Of a stretch of DNA of 64,000 bases, positions 11,945 through 23,304 are shown piece after piece. The position numbers were made by a program, and so were the translations under genes. Source of the DNA: Hyphochytrium catenoides (Eukaryota > Protista > Hyphochytriomycota); the NCBI GenBank assembly GCA_900088475.1, contig FLMG01000484.1:45692-109691 (forward strand). The letters are read 5' to 3'. Under the pieces are notes generated by a model, which searched no databases, was not told where the DNA came from, and was given only the letters and a program-made list of their open reading frames with translations. How positions within the stretch are numbered: position 1 is the first letter of the stretch; the number at the start of each line of letters is the position of its first letter.

Positions 11945-14900
11945 ATGTACGGCCGAACCATCTGCTTCCACGTGACGTGGCTCCTGGCTGTGTTGCCAGC
12001 AGCTATTGTCTTGGCAGAGTCCAGATTCTCCTTGGTTGCCAGCCGCGGTCCGTGCTTTGTACTTGCTCTGTGGAAGAGATTCAGTGATGCTGACATCCTA
12101 ACGACACGTTTTCCGGCCCGTCACCTGGGTGGACCTGCAATCGTCTCATTTCCTTAACTTCTCGCTCTGCCATTCCCAGGACTCTCCAAGGTGATAAATG
12201 GCATCCGGTCCACCGTTTCTAGGTCGCCAGCCCAAAGGNNNNNNNNNNNNNNNNNNNNNNNNNNNNNNNNNNNNNNNNNNNNNNNNNNNNNNNNNNNNNN
12301 NNCACACGGGAACGGTCGATGTAGGTCCTTTTCTCAATTTATCTAAAAGGCCGCCGCTTGAGCCCTCGTTCACAACCAAACAAGCCAATGCCACTGCATT
12401 TATTCTTTCCAACTCTCTCGAAGTTTGATCTCAATCTATCTTTGGCTCTGCTGCTCTTCGCCATCAACAGCATACGGTTAATGTGCTCCTTCAAAGATCT
12501 ACTTGTGCTTTTCCTCTCCAGTCTGAACTCCCTTTCTCCCGGTTATGCGGCGACTGCAGTGGGTGTTCGATAGTGGAGCACCTCTAGTCCATGCCTCGAA
12601 GTCTTCAGCAGACTTTCAGGGTGCCATTGTGCCGGCTACGGACGGACGAATAGTCCACATCGTAGACAGCACGGTGAACACTCTGGATATTAAAGCCCAA
12701 GACATAGTGAAAAAGAGTCCTTTCGTGAGCAATGATGGCAAGTCTTTGTTCACGGGGAAAAAGACCACCACTTTGTTTGTTCTGGACCTCAAGTCAGGAC
12801 AATCCACGGTACGACCTTACTGTGCGATCCACTGCTTCTGGACGTCTTTCTGCTGTGTTCGTTGCGTTCGCTTATTTCTCCAACGGCTTGGTCTCCTTAT
12901 AACGTTTTGCATTCACTCCTTTGCACTAAAGCCTTGCCCTTGTCATCCTTATAGTTCTGCCTACTGATGGTCTTATCACTCCTGCCTTTCTAGTAATTGT
13001 AGCATTCGTGTCGTGCGCAATTGTCTGGCAACCTTCTCTTATAGTTTCTTCGCCCTTTTTCTAAGACTGGATAATCAGGCTTCTTGCTAATCCTGGCCTT
13101 TCTTGTGATTCGTCCAGATGACTCTTGCCGATCAATGCCCACAGCCGGACCTGAAGTCAACGGCAGGTCTTCTTTCTCGGGAAGAGAGGACAGAAGATGA
13201 CGGCCAAGAGATAGAGGATGACCTCTCGGTGGAAGTGGAGGAAGAAGAAGACTTGTATAACAATGCTGAAGAACCCTATCATGACTCTCAGGAAGACATC
13301 ATTCCTGAAAAAGATCGACCGGCGATGTGGGTCAGCAGAACTGACTATGCGGTTCGTGCGTTTAGCACCGAGCTTAGAGCTCAGCAGTTTGAGTTTACCT
13401 ACAGGTATTATCTCCTGATAACAGTACGGTAATGCATCTCAGTCTGACTTTTTGGCGGCCCTCTTTCGGCTCTGGGATGCTGGCCAGCGATTTGCGTATC
13501 CTCTCCCATTCTAGGGACAGCTTGCAGTGTGGCGATGGAGTCCCCGTCAACTTAAAGGATATCGACCTTGTCGTGGGCGAATCAGGTAAACACTTTTGGT
13601 GCTAGATACAAGCAGGGTGAACGACAGCTATGAAGATGGAACCACACGGGAAAGACAACTGAAGCAATGTCGTAGAGGTGTAAACCTGGAAGGAAGCCGA
13701 GTTCTAAAACCATGGAGCTCTTAAGATGTTACGGATTTATACTCAAAGCTTCGCCTTATTCTACTTCCGGTCTAGGCGTCCTGCACTACCGCGAGCGCAT
13801 TTCAGGCAACGTGTGGTCTGCCGATTTGGGCTCTCACATAGTAAACGTTTTGAGCCCTTCAACAGCCAACACTCTTCCTCTGAAGAGACTTGGGCATGTG
13901 CAGGGAAGCATGCAAGACGTTACCGTCACATCGGATGTGAGAGGAGGAGACGCAGCTGATACTGCCCTACTTCGGCTCGATCAGCGCGGAGAGCCGTTCG
14001 CTGTCACAGGTTCACTCATCGACTCCTTTGGGTTTGTTTGGAACGAGGGAGAATGGCAGGTATGAGAGATGCACCACCAAGCCAGCTGGTAGTTTCTTAG
14101 CCTGGCTTGTGCATTGTTAGCCTGGCTCTTGCACTGCTGCACCTTGCAGTTTCCTGACCCGATGATGTCACCGACTAGGCGGTCAATAACCCTGGCAACA
14201 ACGATAACGCAGCAGTTATTCCTTTTGTGAGGCAGCTATTGGACTCCGAGGCTGATAGTGGACGATCTGGAAAATGCCACGACGGAAGCTTCTTGTGCTT
14301 GGTGGGTTTACTTACGACAAATCTTAGCACCGAAGGTGAGAAGCATGCTTCCAAGGCATCGCTGTGTTGTGGCTCCTTATGTTCCCTTTTGGCGCCAACA
14401 AGAGTCTGAGAATCTGTGTGATAGCTCCTTGGTATGAGCTATAGGGATCTAGCTTACGACAAAGAGTCAGATTTCTCGCTGTTAGTCTAGCATCACCATC
14501 GCCCTTTAGCCTGGTCTGAGTCTACCTTCGGTGACTTCTTGTCAGACTAACGTCACCTCTGCAGCTGTACTGAGTCGTTTTGACTACATATGGTCGGATC
14601 CGCTGGTTTGGCTTCTGACAGTCCTTAGCACCTTGCTGCTTCTGGCAGTTGTTTTCCTTATGGGTACAGTTTACCGCCAGTGGAGGCAAATAAAGAGCTC
14701 AGGTACCAATCTGTTTGCGGTATTATGACCTATAATACTGGTTGTCTGTTCTGCAGTCGCTGACTTTCTTTCTATTATGTTCAGCAGCTGACGTAAAGCA
14801 AGAATCGCAAACCCAAAATGGAACGAACGAAGAATCCACCCTGGCAAGGGCGCGCCGCGACAGCGCAGGGTTTATTTGCGTGGGCTCTCTGAAACTGTCT

Positions 14901-17900
14901 GATGAGGTACTAGAATTCTTCAAAGTCCGCGAAAACTAACAGGAATTGGACCCCTTGTAAGTTCTCAGTTGCCCCTAACTTTCCTTTCTTCTAATTTGAC
15001 AGATTTTGGGGTACGGAAGCCATGGGACAGTGGTATATGCAGGGCTTCTGGGTAATAGGCAGGTAGCTATCAAGAGAATGCTACGACAATTCCACAGCAG
15101 CGCGGACAAGGAGGTCAGAGTTATCTGCTTTCTCATAATAGTTATCCTTCATAGTCGTTCTCAAAGTATTTGGTTATATTCAAAGTCTTGCTTTGGTCTG
15201 TGCATAAGCTCGACTTACTTGGTGATTGATGTGATGTCGTTTACGTTCTCCAGTCCTACCTCATGGGTCAACAGGGCTAAAGTTCTCTTATATCCCACAG
15301 ATTCAGCTGCTGATCCATTCAGATGGGCACCCCAACGTGGTGAGATACTTTGCAAGAGAAGTAGAGGGAGACTTCGTGTACCTCGCACTCGAGCGGTGTA
15401 AGGTAAGGTTTCGCAATGACTGGGAGACATCATAGCGACTGGAAAGAGTCAGAGGATTACGAACAATGAGAGCCGATAAGGAGAGAAGATGGAGATGCAG
15501 CATATCCAAAGACAAAGTGGCAAGCTACTAAGCGATAACTGTAGGGCTCGCTATCGGACTTTCTTGCCACTGTTAAGGCGGCGGAAAGCCGTTCTCAGGT
15601 GCTTACCTCAAATTTCCTCCCCAAACCCTTGCGGCGGTGGCTGCGAGAATTGGGTTCTGGAGTTGCTCACCTTCACTCTCTAAAAATCCTGCATCGGGAT
15701 CTAAAACCGGGCAATATTCTGATCTCTGATGAGCCGATTAAAGGTACCCATACCAGAATGTCCTCTCTTGCTTCTAGCGGCAGCTGGCCCAATGTTAAGT
15801 GGCAGGTCCGGTCTGTTTTCAAGTGATGGTCGAGTCCACCCTTCAACTTTAAGTGCCTCAGTCGTGTTACTTGTTCGACGGCTGCGGACCTATATTGTCA
15901 CAGAGCAATCCGTCACAAGCCAATTTGCTCTCCGTTCTTTTAGGTTTCTATCTCGGGAGACCGAAGATCTCCGACATGGGCTTGGGCAAACAACTCGATC
16001 AAGATCAGAGCTCATTCGGCCATAGCTCTTTCGGTCTAAGGCGTCAGAAGCTAAACCCAGGCAGCAATGAAGACGATAAGGATGAAAGCTCAGCAAGAGC
16101 TCCTGGAAGCGTAGGCTGGCAGGCACCTGAGATTGTTGCTCTTAGGGGTGCAAACTTACCTTTCTCGGAGGGGTCTGAGACCTCCGCTGAGGCACCGTCC
16201 AGGCGCCATATTAATGGTGCCGATGATGGAGAGGCCAGCGACAACTCTAGCAGTGGCCGGGCGATCCTGTCTAAGCGGACGGCGGCTGTGGACATCTTCT
16301 CTCTGGGCTGCGTATTCTACACGGCGATAGACTCCGGTAATCATCCTTTTGGAGAATGGTTCGAAAGAGAAAGGAACATTATTATGGTAAGATCTAACCG
16401 TTTTCTGAAAGTTAGCACGTAAAGCCAGAGAACCTGGCAGAAAGAGTACGGAAATCGCAGACGGGGAGATGAAAAGATGACTCTCTTCTCTGACATCTCC
16501 TCTCAACATCATCTACTATGGTAGGGTGAGAAGAACCTTAGGGCACTCCGTCAGCTGCCTACAGCGCGTCATTTGCTTTCACAGATGCTAGACCAGGAGC
16601 CTGCGGCACGGCCCTCAGCGGCAGAGGTAGTAGGCCATCCTACCTTCTGGGAAGAGGAGAAAACCATTGCCTTCTTGCAGGACCTCAGCGATCGACTGGA
16701 TAAGGAGGACCGGAATGGACCACTAATTCAGGGTGGGATGAAGGTTCCTTCGTATTATTCGGCTTAAAGCGCTGCGGTCTGACACCTTGACCACCTGTCC
16801 ACGTGTGAATTTGACTTCCTTGACTCCATGTTACCCGGTGCTTAGACCTAGAGTCTCGCGCCAATCGTGTCTTTCCGGACTGTAGCTGGGAGGGCCAAGT
16901 GGACAAGCTGCTCGTTGAATGCATGCTGAAGTACCGGCGATACAACTATAACTCCTTAGCCGACTTCTTGAGGCTTTTTCGAAATGAGAGACATCATTAT
17001 CATGAGCTTCCGCAAGAGGCACAGCAGGTCCTTACTTGGCTGGCCCTTCCACCTCGTTGATAGCTAGTAACTATGCGTGCTGCGGTACACATCATTACTG
17101 GCTACCGTTCTCGCTGATCTTTCACTTTGCTTGTCCTCCGTTAGTGATTGCCAGCATCTCTAACGCAGCAGGACGATTATGTGGGCTGACTTGATCTGTG
17201 TACCATCCGTTTTTAGCTACTCGGAGAGTTGCCGGAGGGCTTCCTCGCCTACTTTCTCAACCGTTTCCCGTCGCTTTTGATCACGTGTTACACTTTTGCC
17301 TCTGAGTACTTCTACGACGAAAAGCTGTTCCAGAGCTATTTTGGGCCCGCATCCAAGCGCTTCGCGGTGCGTACTTCTCCTGCTACGTCTTCAATTCGCG
17401 TCTCTTATGCAGAACTTCTAATTTATCGCCTTTAGTGCGAACTTCGTCTATTCATATGACTCATATGAACCTAGAAACTGTCATATGAGTTGTAGAGCCA
17501 TGAGTCACAGACTAGTCTCATCCATAGCATCCTTTTCCTTTCTGCATTGCATGTCGGTACATCGTAGCTAAAAGCACAGAAGCGACAGTCAGGGCAAACT
17601 CGCTCTTGCATTCTTTGGCGAGACCGCCTCAAAACTCCTCGCGGATGGCTCAGGCCGGCACCCGAGTGGATTGCTGATACGTCTTTCCGGGTGCGGTCGG
17701 CATTGAAGGATAATTTGAGCCGCACAGACGAGCGCTACCGCACTTCCTTTTGTGCTAACTGGATGAAGAGCACTGGTTTAGAGTGCAGATTTGGTAAGCG
17801 AATTCAAAACACGGAACTAGCGCGTATGAATGAGGAGTCCGAGCTCTGATGCGGGATGGAGCCGCTTTAATCCCTTGAGGAGCCATCCTTTGTAAAGCCT

Positions 17901-18532
17901 GCGGCCATCTTGAGGCCTCCGAGAAGTCGCCGCGCTACCTCGGCCGCGGCGGGTAAGACAATTATTGACCAGATGGCTCCTTTTTGCAGGCGCTCGATGT
18001 GCATTTGCACATGGTCATCATGAATTAAGGTTGTTTAAGGATCAGATTGACCGATGGGCGGACGATGGCACTCCTCTTCCTCTTCTTGCGCTGGGAGGGA
18101 AGAACGGGGACAGTGTGGCCAGCGATAAGCTCCCACCAAAGACCAAAACGAAGGTGAGGCTCCTCCGCTTTCCCTTAATTTCATACAGCTCTGATAGTTT
18201 AACGAAAAAATGTCTCCATTGGCTCACCGTCCACGCACAACCGTCGTCGATACAGCTCTGCAACTTTTTTGGGTCGCCTGTGGGGTGCAGAGATGGTGAC
18301 AACTGCAGGTACGAGGAGTCAAGATACTGCACCTTTGCTCTAATCCACCTTAGTGTCATCGTCAACGACCAACGCGTCCCTCCTCATCACTCCTCATGTC
18401 AGGTTCATCCACATCGGCGTTGACGTACCACACCCGGACTTTCTAATGACACCACCAATGGTGAGACCTCCTCCGGGGCCAGGGTTGCAGCGATCCTCAC
18501 CTCACCGGTTCCGTCCTCCCGGACACGCTTAG
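11945..18532 (+). CDS. IRE1: IRE1 ER-stress kinase/endoribonuclease with two extra C-terminal CCCH zinc fingers
   Basis: Signal peptide [24 protein letters not shown]; luminal motifs HTGTVD|[43 protein letters not shown]; TM helix [20 protein letters not shown]; kinase [48 protein letters not shown]; KEN domain [15 protein letters not shown] and FLNRFPSLL. 5' exons are uncertain because of the gap at 12239-12302. Confidence 0.92.
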
Positions 18533-18942
18533 CAGAAAGATGGACCAAGCGTACAGGGACCCATAACCGGACATATCGGCCGGGGAGCATATCCTTGAAT
18601 CCCGGGTTGCCTTCCTCATGGGGTTTAAACCCGTTAGATGTGCATATCTATTTATGACCCGCCTATGAGGCGGAGTTTATACCCATTACCGTTTGATTCA
18701 AGCTCTTTCCATAATCTCTGTATAAGTCTCTTAGTGATGGTTAGCTTTTGAAATGCGATATCACACCCAAGAAGAACACGGAGTGTACCACGGTAGATAG
18801 TAAGGCGACACGCTCCGTGAGAACATATTGCAAATTAACTTAGAGGGTCATAAACTGAACCAAAAGATGGCAAAGAAGAGAGGGCAAGCCTGCTGTCTGC
18901 TGTCTCCTCTTGACCACCCCCTAAAGTCTTGGCCTAATTCCC

Positions 18943-21900
18943 TCAACCCCAAATGTCCTTCACATATCGCTCGCGTTCAACCAAATTCTTCAAAGTCAGC
19001 TGCGCTTCCTCTTGCTTCATTCCCTTCTCTTGCAAAATCCGCAAGAGCTGTGAGTCTACGTCCTTCACCATCTGCAGTCCTCCGCACACGTAGATGATAC
19101 CTCCTCGCTCAAGAAGGTGTTCGCGAAGAACGTCGCCATCTTCTTCCAGTAAGTGTGTCACATACTGCTTGCTGAGGTTCTCCCTTGAAAATGCTGTTCG
19201 AAGACGCTGGAGTGTGCCATTTTTCTGGAACTCTTCCATTTCGGACCTAAATATCCAGTCCTCGGATGCTCTGCGACAGCCAAAGTACAGAGAAATAGAC
19301 CCAAACTCTTTGAAGCAAGGGTTGGTTATATATTCAGAGTCATCCTCGTGTCCGACCTGGGAAAGATAGATTGTCTGAGCTGAAGAATTCACTCTTACGA
19401 AGGACCGACCAGAGGGAACAGCTACCCTCATAGAAGGTAGCAGCAAGGACTAACAAAGAGACAAAGCTGGCAGTCATGCGGGGGAAAGGGTGAAGCAGCA
19501 TTCCCAGGATGTCCCTTCAGCTTAATTTAGCGGACGCTCAAGAATGACAGTGCCATCTGTGGTCAGCAAAGCTGCAGCCTACCTCAAAGTCTCCTCGCCA
19601 GAAGCCCTGACAAACCTCGGAGACTATCTGCCTGGCCTTCTCCTTTTGCAGCTGGCGGTGTTCCAGAAAGCCAATGAAAGGGGCTATGCCCGTACCCGCA
19701 CCCACCATAACGATGGGCCACTTGGCATTAGCGGGAAGATTGAACTCCTTAGCAGGCCTAATGAACAGCGGTAGTAGAAACTGGGAGAAAGTCTTAGGTT
19801 CGCTCCCACTCAAAAGCTTGAGATGGAGCATATTTAACCGCGATTGTGGTGAACCCAGGTCGAGTAAAGTTGCAGCGAGGAACGATCCACCAGAGTACGA
19901 AGGTATGCGGGACTACACGCGTTACCTTCCGGGTTGGGGACTGGCCAAACTGCTTGGCTACCTCCATCATCCAAGAAGTGCAGAGACCTTGCCTACGAAT
20001 CTTCCCCTATCAGACATTCTCCCGTCTTAGTTGATAGCAAGGTGGAGGTTGGTCGAGAGAGAGAGAGATACCATGCGATTGACGAGACAGGACGACGATA
20101 GTAGGACGTGTAAGGCAAAAAGAAGATAGCTTATCCTGGTCAAGTCAAGACATGAGTAAGGATACGACAAACCAGGAGCCACTCACATCACAACCCACAG
20201 GAGCAAGCTCGTAGGTCAGCCGAGAGAAGGCTATTGACAGGTGATTCTTGTCCTTCAGGGGTGAAGAGCAAACAGAATAGTAGCGCGCGTGCTGCTGCGG
20301 AACGACAGACAGGAAGTGGTCCAATGGGGGATGACAGGATGGAAAGAGCTCAAGAAGCTCAGGGATGCTGAGCTGCTGCTCTTCCACAAAGGCCTATGAC
20401 ATAACCCCTCTTAGATCTCCTCGCCGTTTAAAGAACTGCCCTTCGCTGCTCTCCTGTATCTTCCGTCTTACTCCTCATACCTCACGCCACAATCCCCCGA
20501 GCCTTGTCGCTTAGTGAAAGTCCTAACGAAGACTGCTCCAGAGAGTCTTACCTTGTACATCTTCTTTCCTGAAATGCTAGAGATGAAAAGGAGTTGCTTT
20601 CTTTCTTCCGCGTCCTCGCAGTACTCTGCCAGCATCCGCAACATGTTCTTCCTTGGACTGCTTTTCAAGTCCACAAACCGTCTGAGTAATTCTCTAACAG
20701 TGCTAATAGTGGGAAGATAGGAAGGGATATCGGCATTTGGGGTCACACTCTCTAGGGCAATGGGCCTGTCCGGCTCAGTCACTCTTAGGCTCTCTAGCAT
20801 GGAGTCCACAACCTGCTCTTCGTTGGGACATAGGACCCCAATGGCATCACCAGGCGAGTACGTTATACCTATAAACAGAAAGAACGAGGCGAGAGAACAT
20901 GAGGGGAAACAGAGCACGTCTCAAACAGTTGAGGACAATAGCAAGCAGAGCCGACTTACCAGAGCCATTCAGGTCCACCGTCAGCTTTGCTACGGGCTTT
21001 TCACAATCAGACGCGGTGAGAATGGTGCTAGCAATGACTGGGGCGTAGAAAGGGTGAGTGTAAGTGAACTTCTGATTATCCTGTACAGTCAGGAGACGAA
21101 ATGTCAGTCTCAATAATAACAGTGGAATTGAGATCGCTACCATGGAGTACCTGCTTCGCGTCTGAGAGCATAACAGATTCCGCAATGTGCTGACTGAGTG
21201 AAGCAATCTCTTGCTCCTGGAGTGATCCCTTCTTTGCTTGCACCGCCGCAGTAGGCAGCACCTTTAGGGTTACGGCAGGAAGCGCTGGAAGTCTTTCAGG
21301 AACACATGCCGGGTCATTTTCAGTGCAGAAGCTCCCATAGGGATGAACGCCCGAGACCAGACACGAGTTTTGGCGCTTTGGGAGTCCTTTTCCAGCCTTT
21401 GTAGAAGCTTTAGACTCCTCTTCAATCTGGGAGCCTTCACCGACTGCTTTGTTGCCCGCGTTAGCGCATGACGTCGAGGCGCTTGCTTTAGCTAAGGCCC
21501 CCCACAAGCCCTCAAGCCAGGGTTCTACCGTGTCTTCCAGTCCAATGGCTTCATCGGCACATCCTAAAGGATAAAAGTGCTTGGCTCCCAGGTCGGCTAA
21601 GCGCTTATCAATAGACTTTCCGATGTAGCTACCTCGCCGAAGTTTCAGTCAACACAGGCTACGAGAGAGGCATGACGAACGGAAAGCCGTAACTCACCAG
21701 AACTTGTCATAGTTCGTGTCGCCCAGCCCGAGAACCGTATACTGCACCTTTGCCAGCAGATCATTCTTATGGGTCCGTCGGCGTATGTATCTCCAGAACT
21801 TGTAAGCATTCTGAGGAGGGTCGCCGTTCCCAGTGGTGGAGCAAACGATGACCAAAAGGGGAGTGCTCTCAAAAGAGGGCTTGGTCTGAGCAAGACCTAG

Positions 21901-22222
21901 TTAGGCTATGAGAATGCTCTTAACGAATTGGCCGACCGTGCCTACTTTTTGGTACTCATTCAGAGGTAGTAAGGTGCTCTCATATCCCAGGGCTACGCTT
22001 TCCTCGTGAATTCTCTGCAGAGCGCACGTCAAAGGTGGAAGCGGAGGAAATGCAAGCTTAATCTTACCCACCTTCGCAATGGATGCAGCAGCTCCTGTCT
22101 GGGAGCCAAACATTATGGTCAGCCTACGCACAGACCAGATAAATAGGGCTCTATCAGCAGTAAGAACCGGACCTATCATCTTCATCTACTTACGGTTGCT
22201 GCGCTTCTCCGTCTCCAGCCAT
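18943..22222 (-). CDS. MTRR: Methionine synthase reductase (FMN/FAD/NADPH diflavin reductase)
   Basis: Flavodoxin motifs [29 protein letters not shown] and LEDTVEPWL; long hinge; [57 protein letters not shown]; ends RYVKDIWG*. The lack of an N-terminal membrane anchor and the long hinge favour MTRR over POR/NDOR1. Confidence 0.85.
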
Positions 22223-23304
22223 TTTCTACTATCACCTCGTGAGAGCCAAGCCAGAATCTTCCAGTAAAGAGACAATGGGCCTCAGCGGTATCTGTGGAAT
22301 GGCCCGAGCGGTAAGCTGTAGCGCTCATGCAAGGTGATGCCATCCAAGTCTGCCCTCATGTGGGGAAGGCTCGTGAGGGTACGAGAAGAAACTTCAGAAA
22401 AAGGGAATCAGGAAGCTTCGTTTCTTTGAGTCTTCATCGACGGTATCCTTGATACTATATTATATAGTACGAATAAGATTCAGCCCTGTGGTATCCATTC
22501 GGAATAGGCATAAGTGGGACCAGCAAAAGTGTGGCAAAGGCAAATTGATAGTCTTCTCTTCTCTTTGCAGTGTCTGATGGCTGAAGAGACCGCCGATTGG
22601 CCATCATCCGCCCAGATTCTTAGGCAGCGCGGCTTCTCATGGTCAAAAAGTTCTTTCTTCCACCTACCACCAGGGCTGCAAGCCTCTCTCTTGTGCGAAC
22701 CCATTGGTTCGCTTCTTATGTCGCGCTAAAGACCATAGCAGGAAGGGCTTCTGGCATTGTGGATGCGGGTACATCTGTCTGCAAGGTGATGGTACCAGGT
22801 GCCAAGCCCGAGTGAAGCTCCTGCAGGAATTAGAACATACGATAGCATACTCTCAACGAACTATTAATATTAGCTGTTTATGGTGGTTCAAACTAGATGC
22901 ACCAGCATCATGTCTCTTTGCTACTCCTAGAACCGTGCACTCTCACTAAGGGATAGCTGTTTATTAGGGATTAGTGCTACAGGGAGTCAGCGGATTAGAA
23001 GAGGGCAGAAGACAGGGAACAGGAACGTAAACACTGCAGCACTAATAAGAAGGGCCGAATGGACAAGGAGACCAGATCACGTGTCAATCATTGGCACTTC
23101 CTTGACCGCCAAGAAGGCTTCACTCCTTCAATAAAAATTAGAGATTAGGGGATCCAACGCCCTAAGCAGCTGGAGTCCTCCAGCTTTGACCGCGAGCATC
23201 ATTGCTCGTTGAGAGCAACATGATCTTTCAAGTTCCAGATAAGCAGGTTCAAGCTGCCCAGCCATTGCCAGCTACGTCAGATAGACGCCACCAAATTGCA
23301 GGCT

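Noticed and set aside
12303-12560. Suspected non-canonical splicing in the IRE1 luminal domain
   Set aside because: A canonical GAT|gtaggt...ctgcag|TGG junction gives HTGTVDWVFDSG
15961-15990. DMG instead of DFG in the IRE1 kinase (and DLG in GRK)
   Set aside because: Known family variants (plant-type IRE1 DMG, GRK DLG), not evidence of pseudokinases
22480-23200. Short ORFs and a small hairpin (gaacccattggttc) between MTRR and the PPR gene
   Set aside because: No coherent exon chain or recognisable ncRNA boxes; probably UTR or promoter
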